Assembly (NCBI RefSeq): GCF_040938485.1
Contig: NW_027271430.1
Coordinates: 930,001-994,000, forward strand
Direction: 5' to 3'
Length of the DNA stretch: 64,000 bases
Source: Diadema antillarum
Lineage: Eukaryota
Below the pieces are notes generated by a model. It was not told the DNA's origin and made no database searches. It saw only the letters and a list, made by a program, of their open reading frames with translations. Below are positions 1 through 10,146 of this stretch, piece by piece (the first letter of the stretch is position 1; every line of letters begins with the position of its first letter). Made by a program: the position numbers and the translations under genes.

Positions 1-81
1 CAAAGCAAACGTCGAATTGAAATGTGTGACAGCCAGACAAGACTATTAGAGCATAATATGTCAGCACATCTAGAACAAAAC

Positions 82-633
82 TTAAAGGAGACCTCCGGAT
101 GATTTTTCAGACTTTTATGAACAACTATAAATTGGTTACACTGAAGCGCCATGAGCATCTTTTGATGGACTGATGCGCTATAAAAGTATATACTATTATT
201 ATTATTATTATTATCATCATTATTATTATTATTATACAGAGTTTCTGAATTCATAGTTATTGAAATGAGGAAAAGAACTTTTTTAAAGAAATGTATAACA
301 TATCACAATGAACAAGAATGATGACATGGCAGCCTCACCATAAGAAGGCATGAGTCGGGGCTCAAGGAAGCAGAACAAAAGAAGGCATGCATACATTTTA
401 TCAACTGGTGAACTTGCATGCTGGCAGTATTGTAATGGAATTACTTTGTTACATTTCTGAAATATGTGAGGCTCCTATGTCATCGTCATTGTTCAGTATA
501 AGTTCTTCAAGGTTTTTCAAAGTATTGTTTCTCTGCTCAAGGACTACTATAGATTCTACAAATATACACATAGTGCTGTTGATCTATGTACTACATAATG
601 TGAAATCATGTAATCGCTTGAATGCCCCTTTAA
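82..633. mobile_element. Non-autonomous TTAA-flanked DNA transposon (Kolobok/T2-like MITE)
   Basis: TTAA AGG...CCT TTAA termini (TTAA at 82-85 and 630-633). Body is clearly similar to the copy at 59106-59559. Confidence 0.8.
146..236 (+). mobile_element. 3' tail of a LINE/SINE inserted in the TTAA MITE
   Basis: GCGCCATGAGCA...TGCGCTATAAAAGTA followed by a (TAT)n tail. Absent at the matching position of the sister MITE (about 59155-59160). Confidence 0.55.
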
Positions 634-719
634 TCTTGTGCTGACGAAAGTATCATCTATTTTTTTTTTGGTAAGATTTCTGTTGAAATGAATAGACTGC
701 ATGTTTTCACACACAAATC

Positions 720-1019
720 TACTCTCTAAACAAAAAAAAAATCGAGTGAAAATATTCACTCTTGAAGGAGTGAATACGAAAAAGAGTGAATTTAGAGTGA
801 AATTGGAGTGAATTTTGAGTGAAAATGTTCATTTTCACTAATTTTGGAGTGACCTCAGGGATCACTCGAAGATTTTGGAGTGATCCCTGAGGTCACTCTA
901 AAACGAGTGAAAATGAACATTTTCACTCAAAATTCACTCCAATTTCACTCTAAATTCACTCTTTTTTCGATTCACTCCTTCAAGAGTGAATATTTTCACT
1001 CAATTTTTTTTAGAGAGTA
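720..1019. mobile_element. Foldback MITE, about 296 bp, with TA target-site duplication
   Basis: TA-CTCTCTAAA...TTTAGAGAG-TA. Arms are nearly perfect inverted repeats around a short loop at about 866-876. The homologous site at about 16669 has a single TA. Confidence 0.85.
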
Positions 1020-1282
1020 ATGCACTGTTCATAACAAGAACTGCTGCTAATGGGGAAAAAATGCTTAAAAAAAGGTCATACAAGGCATACTAAAGACACA
1101 CGTGTTGTGAGACTTACATATTCCTATTAGGCAGGACGATTCGAGTTTAAAGTAAACACAATCGTTATTGTATCCTCCGAACAGAGTTTGGAGGATATCG
1201 ATTTGGCCTCGTTGCACCGCCGCCGCGTCCGCTGCAGAGATTTTCTTGTGAGCTCTATACTGGCTGCAGTTCTTCTTAGATG

Positions 1283-1922
1283 ATCTTCAAATTTGGCACG
1301 GAGGGGTATTATGGTGAAACAAAGACACCTGTTGTTTTTGGTGACGGCGCCCTCGCTTGTTATGTCTATACACATGAAAAGGTAAATAACAGGGTCTGCT
1401 TGTGTTGGCGACGCTGGCCTTGTTAATTGACCATGTTTTTTTTTTTCTTTTCAAATTTGGTATGTAAATGTATCATTGTCAAATCTATACACCTATACCT
1501 ATTGATAATGCTGCCCTCACTGTTCCACCTTTTATAGGGTCAAAGGTCACCCTGATCATATCATAATTTGCAAAAGTGCTTATCTATGCAATAACTTGAT
1601 AGTTTCTCGATGGATTTTATTCAGACTTGCTATGGTGTATGGGTGATAATTCCACATGAAGGACACACTGAACTCGTGTTTGAGTTCAGTGGAAGGACAC
1701 AACAGTTTGTGGTGACGGCGCCCTCAGTGTTCCGGCTTGGATGCCATGTCACATTTCTGGTGTGCGCTCTATCTGTCACATTTCCAATCCATTTTTTTTT
1801 TTCAAAATTGGCAAAAAGGTGCATTATACTAGTGAACTGAAGACGCCCGTTGTTTTTGGTGGTGGCGCCCTCGCTTGTTCCGTCTTTATACACGAAGCGG
1901 TAAATACAATGCTTCCCCCACT
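1283..1922. repeat. Degenerate tandem/segmental repeat region (target of the LTR element; resumes at 8142)
   Basis: Recurring GTTTTTGGTG(A/G)(C/T)GGCGCCCTCGCTTGTT (about 1335, 1850) and TTCAAA(T/A)TTGG. 1508-1557 matches 1908-1922 joined to 8142-8176. Confidence 0.6.
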
Positions 1923-2238
1923 TGTAGTATCCAGTACTTGGTCAATGATAATGTTATGACTGACTTATATATTATTCACATATCTGGCTTTCCATAACAG
2001 CCATGTGGCTCTCTGGCCACTCAGTACAACAGATTTGTGTATGACACACACAGAGTCTTATGATTGTATGACACAAGCAGAATGTACTGTGTATACACAC
2101 ATACAGTGTACTACTTTATATACACACGTACAAAAGGAGTAATGAATAAAGTCAAACAGAACACATGCAGAGAAAGCATGGACCACAGTCAGGTCTGCCA
2201 GTCTATTTATTTATCCATGTATCATCATAAATACTACA
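1923..2238 (+). repeat. 5' LTR (316 bp)
   Basis: TG...CA ends with 8-bp terminal inverted repeat. Differs from the 3' LTR by 2 substitutions, a 1-nt indel and a 2-nt indel. AATAAA at about 2145. Confidence 0.97.
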
Positions 2239-2240
2239 TT

Positions 2241-2255
2241 TGGCGACGAGCATGG
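2241..2255 (+). promoter_or_regulatory. Primer-binding site, tRNA-Ser(GCU)-like
   Basis: TGGCGACGAGCATGG, 2 nt after the 5' LTR. Complementary to the recalled 3' end of tRNA-Ser(GCU) (...CCATCCTCGTCGCCA) with one mismatch. Confidence 0.8.
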
Positions 2256-2572
2256 TCTCTTTTCTTGCATTAGAAACGTCAAGGACCCCTTACAGGCAGT
2301 TTGTTGGGATGTCAATCTACAGACTGTGTTATAGACTAGTGGACCTTGCTGAACTGAGTCAACATGAGTGCAGCATGCACAATGCGGTGTGTATCCAGTG
2401 CTACTAAGCTTTAATACAGTGTAGCTGCAGGGAGTACCCCATCGGTACCAGTGAACTGTATCCTGTTTTGTAGCTGTGTGCAGTGTATGCCCAGCTCGTG
2501 CTCAACATCATGACATCTGATCATCTCCAAGCCTTTATCCAGCTGAGTGTGTAGACGAATAAGACCACCATT

Positions 2573-3066
2573 ATGAATTTGCCACCATTTGAACGCTTTG
2601 CTGTGCATGAGGACATTGCAACTAGAGTGTCAGGTGGGAACGATACGTGAAACGGCTCGAGACCTTCTTCACAGCGTTTGCAATCAGTGATGACGCCCAG
2701 AAGCGAGCGTTACTTCTGCATTATTCCGGTCCCGATGTTTCGGACATTTTTGAGTCCCTTCCAGACACTGGCACAACATATGCTGCTGCAAAAGGGGCAC
2801 TGGCCAAACACTTCGTCCCTTCATTAAACATCGAATACGAACGCTATCTATTTCGACAGTCTAAACAGCTCCATGATGAGACGGTAGATCAGTATCATCT
2901 GCGTCTGCAGAAAGCAGCAACCTCTTGTAACTTTTCTGACAAGGATGCCGAAATCAAGTCTCAAATTATATTGGGATGCTGCTCACAGACACTCCGGCGT
3001 TATGCATTACGTGAGGCTGTCACGCTAGAGAAACTTCTCCACACCGCCCGTACAATCTACATATGA
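2573..3066 (+). pseudogene. gag: Retrotransposon gag, frameshifted
   Basis: ATG at 2573 (MNLPPFERFAVHED) shifts frame at about 2624 into SVRWERYVKRLETFFTAFAISDDAQKRALLLHYSG (Mag-type gag motif). It shifts again at about 3055 before YEQADKHALAME. Confidence 0.85.
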
Positions 3067-3085
3067 ACAGGCAGACAAACATGCT

Positions 3086-6000
3086 TTGGCGATGGAGAAT
3101 TCATCATCATCTGCGGAATTAGCAGCTAGTATCAAGCCTTTGACAAAGCCAAATAAGATGCAGGGCCAGCGATTTGGCTATACCAGTCATCACATGGACA
3201 AGCAGAAAACAAAATGCAGAAACTGTGGGGGACAGTATCCCCACCCCGATCATCGACCGTGCCCAGCGAGAGGGGTTACATGTCATGCATGCGGAAAATT
3301 GAATCATTTCCAGAAACATTGTTTAAGCAAGTCCAAGCAAACCCCACGTCATACTGCAGTGAAAGCAGTGAACATTCAATCACCCGATCCAGCACGTGCC
3401 CAGCATAGTCAGCAGGGACAGACGGCTCAAACCCAGCATGGTACCAGTCGCAGCGCTACCAATTCTTCAGGTGTTGCTGATTACGACTATGCATTTCACG
3501 TCAAGTCGACTCCAGCCAGAAAACCTATGGTCCAGGTTGCTGTCAATGCTTGTCCAGTTTCTGTGCTGATCGATACTGGGGCGTCCGTCATGATGATGGG
3601 TCATGACACGTTTCGATCTCTCAGTCCACAGCCGCAGTTGGTAACGCCTCCAGTCCCAGTGTACGCATATGGTAGCACAGTTCCTCTTGATGTTATTGGA
3701 GCTTTCACCGCAGCTGTCTCATATGGGTCGGCATCTGTAACGACACAAGTCTTTGTTGCAACGCACAGTGGTGATACACTCTTGGATTTTGCCACTGCCT
3801 CAGCACTCGGACTGATTCACATAGCGTACAACCTTCAGCCTGAGCAGACATTCGCTGATCGTTTCGTCGGCATCGGTAAGCTGTCATCATTTGAATACAA
3901 GCTTCATGTAGATGACGCAGTCCCACCTGTTGCAGTACCACATAGACGCATTCCCTTTCATATGCGCCAACAAGTCGAGAACGAGCTTGATCACCTAGTA
4001 GAATTGGACGTCATAGAGCGTGTGAATCATCAGCCCACTCCTTGGGTTTCGCCAATAACTGTTGTGCAAAAACCTCATCAGCCTGGTGCGATCCGCCTAT
4101 GCGTTGATATGCGGAATGTGAATCGAGCCATCAAACGCGAACGCCATCTCACACCTACAATAGATGACGTCATAGTTGCCCTGAACGGTGCCGCTGTCTT
4201 CAGCAAGCTAGACCTCAACTCCGGTTATCATCAAATTCCGCTAGCGCAGGAATCCAGACAATACACAGTGTTCTCAACTCATGCAGGCCTATTCCAGTAT
4301 AAGCGTCTTAATTTTGGCCTCATATCGGCAGCTGAGATCTTCCAGAATGCCATTCAGTCGACACTTCAAGACATCCCTGGAGTCGTCAACATCAGCGACG
4401 ATATCCTGGTTTTCGGTAGTACACCACAGGAACATGATGAATGTCTTCAAGCGTGTCTCTCCCGTCTACGCGAAGCCAATTTGACCCTGAATCGTGACAA
4501 ATGCAAGTTTCGTGTCTCGCACGTCACGTACTTCGGTCATGTCTTCTCCGCCTCCGGTGTTGCCCCAGATCCAGAGAAGATTCGCGACATCAATGCTGTT
4601 ACTCCGCCCACTAGTGTCTCCGAACTTCGCAGCTTCCTTGGTATGGTCAACTACTGCAGTCGCTTTGTCCGTGACCTGGCATCCCTATCAGCACCACTAC
4701 GCGAACTTACAAAAGCTGATGTTCCGTGGGAGTGGTCTTCCTCTCATGCGCACGCCTTTGATGAAATAAAGCGACGCCTTGCAACATGCTGTGCCATGGC
4801 CTATTTTGATCGCAACAGCGCCACCGAGGTTATCGTTGATGCCGGTCCTGTTGGACTTGGTGCAATCTTGGTACAACAAAACAGACATGGTATCAGGTCA
4901 GTTGTCGCCTTGGCAAGCAGAGCGCTATCCGCGGTAGAACAGCGCTACTCGCAAACTGAGAGGGAAGCACTCGCAATCACATGGGCGATTACCCACTTCC
5001 ACCTGTATTTGTACGGATCTCCCTTCACCGTCGTCACCGACCACAAACCGCTCATCTCGCTGTTCAACAACGCCAACTCCAAGCCCCCACTTCGGCTCGA
5101 AAGGTGGATTTTGAAATTGCAGGCTTACGACTACACAGTGAAATATCAGCCTCGGAAGTACAACCCAGCTGATTACATGTCTCGTCATCCGCAGCATCGT
5201 GTCGATGTGTCCACTGAGCAGAGCTTAGCTGAGGCGCATGTACAGTTCGTCGCGTCTCATGCCGTCCCCAAACATGTGTCGCGTGATGACATTGCGCATG
5301 CTACGCAGTCTGATGATGTCCTCCAGTCTGTCATCCGCGCTGTTGCAACCAACAACTGGAATGAACTCGCTAGCAACACTGACGCATCAGCGAGAGCAGA
5401 AGTCCAAAGCCTCTACAATGTTCGCGATGAGTTAACCATGTCGCAAGATCGCGATATTCTTCTCCGCGACCATCGCATAGTTATACCGCAGACGCTACGA
5501 AAGCGCATCGTCGACATTGCACATGAAGGCCACCAGGGCGTCACAAAGACGAAAGCGCTTCTGAGGGAGAAAGTGTGGTTTCCATCCATAGACCGCATAG
5601 TTGAAGCCACCATTCGCGATTGTCTCGCATGTCAAGCCAATGTTGTCGAGCACGCCAAAGAACCGTTAACCATGAGCCCACTTCCTCGCAAACCTTGGTC
5701 CCAAGTTAGCGTCGATTTCGCGGATCTACCCAATGGCGAACACCTCTTGGTAGTCGTGGATGACTACTCACGGTTTCCTGATGTCGAGATAGTCACATCT
5801 ACGTCAGCTTCCCAAGTCATCCCAAAGTTAGATCGCATATTTTCCACGTTCGGAGTACCTGAGATTGTTCGATCTGATAACGGACCACCATTCAATAGCA
5901 GCGAGTTTGCTCAATTCGCAAAGTACTTGGGGTTTGAGCATCGCAGAATTACCCCGCGCTGGCCACAAGCCAATGGAGAAGTGGAACGCTTCATGAGCTC

Positions 6001-6499
6001 ACTGAAAAAGGTGTATCGCGCTGCCAACACCGAAGCAAAGTCATGGAAACAGGAGCTATACAAATTTCTCCGCAATTATCGTGCCACACCTCATTCCACG
6101 ACAGGTTCTCCACCAGCGACTGTGCTGTTTGGCCACCCGGTTCGCACGCGTCTTCCTCAGCCTGAGCTCGACCACCAGGACGACTCAGCAATTCGCAAAC
6201 GTGACGAGAAAAAGAAAGAGGCGATGAAGAAGTATGCAGATCATCATGGTTCTGTACGTACGAAAGCAATCGCAGTCGGTGACAAAGTCCTAGTTCGTCG
6301 TGATGGACATGTTCCGAAACACATGTCACCATATATGCCGGTACCCTTCACAGTCGTGAGCAAACGCGGTTCGCAAATCACAGTCGAGCATGAGTCACAT
6401 CGTATCACCAGAAATATCTCGCGTTTGAAACGATTCACTGGCATGCCATCTCGCCACACACACGCGGACGATGACATGGACATCGATGGTCCAATGTAA
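3086..6499 (+). CDS. pol: Gag C-terminus and Pol polyprotein (zinc knuckles, aspartic protease, RT, RNase H, integrase)
   Basis: 1137-aa ORF: CHACGKLNHFQKHC knuckle; IDTGAS protease; PWVSPI, LCVDMR, NISDDILV RT; IVDAGPVGLG, YSQTEREALA, TDHKPL RNase H; HEGHQG...CLAC and VDF/SDNG/EVERF integrase. Probably one gag-pol ORF from 2573 originally. Confidence 0.96.
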   Translation: MAMENSSSSAELAASIKPLTKPNKMQGQRFGYTSHHMDKQKTKCRNCGGQYPHPDHRPCPARGVTCHACGKLNHFQKHCLSKSKQTPRHTAVKAVNIQSPDPARAQHSQQGQTAQTQHGTSRSATNSSGVADYDYAFHVKSTPARKPMVQVAVNACPVSVLIDTGASVMMMGHDTFRSLSPQPQLVTPPVPVYAYGSTVPLDVIGAFTAAVSYGSASVTTQVFVATHSGDTLLDFATASALGLIHIAYNLQPEQTFADRFVGIGKLSSFEYKLHVDDAVPPVAVPHRRIPFHMRQQVENELDHLVELDVIERVNHQPTPWVSPITVVQKPHQPGAIRLCVDMRNVNRAIKRERHLTPTIDDVIVALNGAAVFSKLDLNSGYHQIPLAQESRQYTVFSTHAGLFQYKRLNFGLISAAEIFQNAIQSTLQDIPGVVNISDDILVFGSTPQEHDECLQACLSRLREANLTLNRDKCKFRVSHVTYFGHVFSASGVAPDPEKIRDINAVTPPTSVSELRSFLGMVNYCSRFVRDLASLSAPLRELTKADVPWEWSSSHAHAFDEIKRRLATCCAMAYFDRNSATEVIVDAGPVGLGAILVQQNRHGIRSVVALASRALSAVEQRYSQTEREALAITWAITHFHLYLYGSPFTVVTDHKPLISLFNNANSKPPLRLERWILKLQAYDYTVKYQPRKYNPADYMSRHPQHRVDVSTEQSLAEAHVQFVASHAVPKHVSRDDIAHATQSDDVLQSVIRAVATNNWNELASNTDASARAEVQSLYNVRDELTMSQDRDILLRDHRIVIPQTLRKRIVDIAHEGHQGVTKTKALLREKVWFPSIDRIVEATIRDCLACQANVVEHAKEPLTMSPLPRKPWSQVSVDFADLPNGEHLLVVVDDYSRFPDVEIVTSTSASQVIPKLDRIFSTFGVPEIVRSDNGPPFNSSEFAQFAKYLGFEHRRITPRWPQANGEVERFMSSLKKVYRAANTEAKSWKQELYKFLRNYRATPHSTTGSPPATVLFGHPVRTRLPQPELDHQDDSAIRKRDEKKKEAMKKYADHHGSVRTKAIAVGDKVLVRRDGHVPKHMSPYMPVPFTVVSKRGSQITVEHESHRITRNISRLKRFTGMPSRHTHADDDMDIDGPM

Positions 6500-7331
6500 G
6501 CTGAACCACCTACACAGCAAAATAATGTGCCACAAAGTCGCTACCCACAAAGGAACCGACAGCGACCTCACTACTTGAGGGACTATGAAACTTAGAACAC
6601 TTGAACATTTGAAAAGGTGTTATCATTGCATGTATATTACTTGCATGATTTTGTCAGTTGACAATTTGCATTGTAAGAGTTTACTTTTATGGTCATTTTC
6701 ACATGTGCCAGAGTGGCAAAGCTGATAGTTGTTCAAGTTTCCGAGATAGTGAATTTGTTCTGCCTATAGGGTACGTGTGAGGAAATTGCAACATGTGAAC
6801 AGTTGTTGGAAATATGGTATGATGCAACACACATGTATGTTTGTAAAGTGGTTCAAAATGAACGTTATGAGTTTGTTGGATGTGCTGTGCACTAAACAAA
6901 ATATTAGGTAAGCTGTGACGATAGCATAAAGAAATCTTTTTTATGACTGTTGAAAAGGATATTGTGTAATTATTTGACACCAAATGGCAACATACTTCAG
7001 GTGACAGTTTTGTTTGTATCTGATTGTTATGAATTGCACACAAGTGATACAAATACCCGGACATTTGAGGATAGACAAACGCTGCAAATACAAAGTTATA
7101 TGTATTCAAGTCACAGAACTTCATTAGTATGTCATCCATTACCAAGTGTTGTCTGGGTGAGCATATTATCGAAAATTCCTTTTGAATTTATGATCTTTAT
7201 AACACAGGCATATTAGATCATAGTTCAGACAATAGCTGATGTATGATAGAAAAAGTGATATTGAAAGTGAAAAGCCAATAAGGGTGTAAACGTTATACAT
7301 CTGGTTAATTCCTTGATATGATGTACATAGA

Positions 7332-7547
7332 ACATTGTCGTGAATTTGTGAAGAGACGAGTAACAGTTGATTGGTTATACTGGTTTCTTGTTGAAGTATA
7401 TTTTGGTTCAGGAGATATCACATGTGAAAAGTCTCACATATACATTGTCGTGAATTTGTGAAGAGAAGACAGTTGATTGGTTATACTGGTTTCTTGTTGA
7501 AGTATATTTTGGTTCAGGATATATCAAATGTGAAAAGTCTCACATAT
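7332..7547 (+). repeat. 110-bp direct tandem duplication in the retroelement 3' region
   Basis: ACATTGTCGTGAATTTGTGAAGAG...AAGTCTCACATAT starts at 7332 and 7442. Confidence 0.9.
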
Positions 7548-7807
7548 GTTTAAAAAAAAAAAGTTCTAAGTTAGTTGGATTTTGATTGTAGTGGTTGTTC
7601 TACAAAAGGCCAGTAATACAGTTGTACCGAGTGATCATAGTTCTCATCATAGTCACTTTAGATTTGCACCTTTAAACTCAAACATTCCGTAAGCATTGCA
7701 TGCTATCATACTCATAGCTAATGGTACTACAGGACACATTATGAATCGCGATACTGAACGCATCACATAATTAGAATAATCAGCACATACTGGTTATGGT
7801 CCTATCC

Positions 7808-7821
7808 GAGGTAGGAAGGAA
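7808..7821 (+). promoter_or_regulatory. Polypurine tract
   Basis: GAGGTAGGAAGGAA immediately before the 3' LTR. Confidence 0.8.
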
Positions 7822-8136
7822 TGTAGTATCCAGTACTTGGTCAATGATAATGTCATGACTGACTTTATATATCATTCACATATCTGGCTTTCCATAACAG
7901 CCATGTGGCTCTCTGGCCACTCAGTACAACAGATTTGTGTATGACACACACAGAGTCTTATGATTGTATGACACAAGCAGAATGTACTGTGTATACACAC
8001 ATACAGTGTACTACTTTATATACACACACAAAAGGAGTAATGAATAAAGTCAAACAGAACACATGCAGAGAAAGCATGGACCACAGTCAGGTCTGCCAGT
8101 CTATTTATTTATCCATGTATCATCATAAATACTACA
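7822..8136 (+). repeat. 3' LTR (315 bp)
   Basis: Near-identical to 1923-2238; followed by TSD CCACT. Confidence 0.97.
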
Positions 8137-8863
8137 CCACTGTTCAATCTTTTACAGGGCCAAAGGTCACCCTGATAAGGACAAAATTTACAGTTTAGCC
8201 TAGAAAAAAAAAATCATCCAAATGGGGTATGGGGGGGGGGGGGTCGGGGGATACATGTGCTCAATCAGGTCCCCCGGCGGAGTGCTCTATTTCAAAATCT
8301 AAATTATTATGTTGACCTTTGTAACAATAAGTTATAATAGGCCCTATTGTAGGCCCCACCTAGAATGAACATTAGTTGAAATTAAAAGACTGAAAAGGAC
8401 GCAGTCTTGATGAAACCATTCTTAGAAAGGATATTGAACATTTTACTGAACCTTATTGAACCTTTGAATATTGAACTTTGTTAAACCTTAATTAGGGACT
8501 TTGGACAGTCCGCACTACTGTGGAATTTCTGCTCCAATCGGCGCGCATCATGCATAGCACACAAAGGATATTGCACTCTATTACATACCGTGAGAAACAG
8601 AAATGTTGCACTTGCCTTTAAAGCCTACTTCTTAGGCTGATCGTGAAACATTTTTATTCTAATGGACATTGATCCTTGGGCTTATCTATATTTTCGACCG
8701 ATATTGAGCTAAGGAGATCCATATTTATATAGATAACTTGATAACAAAGAGCACAGTGCGTTTCAGCTTAGCATATTTGTACATGTATATGAAACACAGT
8801 ATTTTCTGTAGCTCGTCAGAGAGAGAGAGAGGGAGAGAGAGAGAGAAAGAAAGCGAAAACAAG

Positions 8864-10115
8864 ATGAACACGTTGACCATCATCGTTGCCGTAGCCGTCG
8901 TCGGGATCTCCGATGTACAAGGATACGGATCTGGGGCCCCAGTTACGGCATGTGTGGGCGACAAACTTGTGCATACGAACCGAACATCAGGTGAAAGAAT
9001 ACAACCCCTCCCTGCAGCTGAAAATCCGTTCCGATTTGTAGCAAGCGTCACGGAGTACATACCCGGGGAGGCGTTGACCAGTAAGTACCACAAAAGAGCG
9101 CGACCATTTTTTAAATTATGATCCCCCCCCCCAGCTTTTATACTTTTGTATTATGTTACACACTTTCAGAAATGAAATATGAATTGCGACAAAGCGTATT
9201 GTCTTATACGATACAAAATACTTCAAAGAGAAATGCGAAATTCCTAATTCATATAGGATATACCTTCTCCCTCCTTGCGGAACACAAAACAAATATGACG
9301 TAGCCCTACAGAGTCTTTTCAAAACGTGGTATTTAAACTCGTGTCGTTGGTTGTTTATTATTCTTTCTCTGTGTCATGATTTAATGCATCCCAAAAGTAC
9401 TATGAGATAGTCTCGCAATTGTAACGTTGTTCCAACTCAAATTACAGTGATTATTATAACAGTCATAATATTATAACATATTATTACAATAATGACTTTT
9501 AACAGTCGTAACGCACTCATTGCCTGAATAATATATCATTCATCATTCTGTAGAGGACTGCTTCTTTCAAGTGTTTTATATCAAAACTGATATGTTTTAA
9601 CCAAAAAAAGAAGTGTAATTCCTAATGGGAAGAAATTCGAATCCCCCTCAAACACTTGAAAATATTTATAGGGAATATAGACCTGAGGAAGCAGAATAAG
9701 TCAATATTCCTGCAAGAACATCAATATCCATAAACAGTAAATTGTAAACCTTTAGGTTAAAGTATGCATATAATTATGAATATTATACACTTTAGAATGT
9801 ATAGATATTCCATCTGCTCAATTAAATCTGTAGTGGTTTATAGCCTACTCATTCTATAGGTATATTCTTTTATACAAAAATGTATTTTAAGTACCGGGGA
9901 AAAAAACGAATTCCAGGAATGAGCCCCATCAATTTCTCAAGTATGGAAGGAATTTTTACATTTTCCCCTATCTTTATCTTTCATTTTGGTTATGTATATA
10001 AAAAGACGTTGTGCCATTGAAAACGAATTCTAGTATTACGGTATATCATTTTTAGTTGATTTAATGTTACTATATAGCGTTCATGCAGCCATGTTTTAAT
10101 GTGATATATATAAAC

Positions 10116-10146
<31 letters not shown>

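Larger units (their letters stand above)
1..1055 (+). repeat. Dispersed repeat copy interrupted by two MITEs (uninterrupted copy at about 16445-16705)
   Basis: Segments 1-85, 630-721 and 1018-1055 align by eye, in order, to 16445-16705 (e.g. GAATTG(A/G)AATGT(G/A)TGACAGC; TAATCTTG(T/C)GCTGAC; AAGATTTCTGTTGAAATGAAT; ACACAAATC..TAATGCACTGTTCA; ACTGCTGCTAA). Confidence 0.75.
1923..8136 (+). mobile_element. Full-length Ty3/Gypsy LTR retrotransposon, Mag/SURL-like lineage
   Basis: Two about 315-bp LTRs (TGTAGTAT...ATACTACA), 5-bp TSD CCACT (1918-1922, 8137-8141), PBS, PPT, gag and PR-RT-RH-IN domain order. Confidence 0.97.

Noticed and set aside
387-644. 85-aa ORF and its look-alike at 59269-59535
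   Set aside because: Both lie inside copies of the same TTAA MITE; the similarity is repeat-derived, the frames are not conserved and there is no protein motif.
1127-1959. Short ORFs sharing TSEGA(V/T)TKNN
   Set aside because: The shared peptide comes from the repeated GGCGCCCTC DNA unit; no splice or homology support.
3119-6483. Many short alternative-frame and antisense ORFs within pol
   Set aside because: Shadows of the long GC-rich pol ORF.
8725-9093. 122-aa antisense ORF
   Set aside because: Antisense shadow of reeler exon 1 plus a (GA)n tract.
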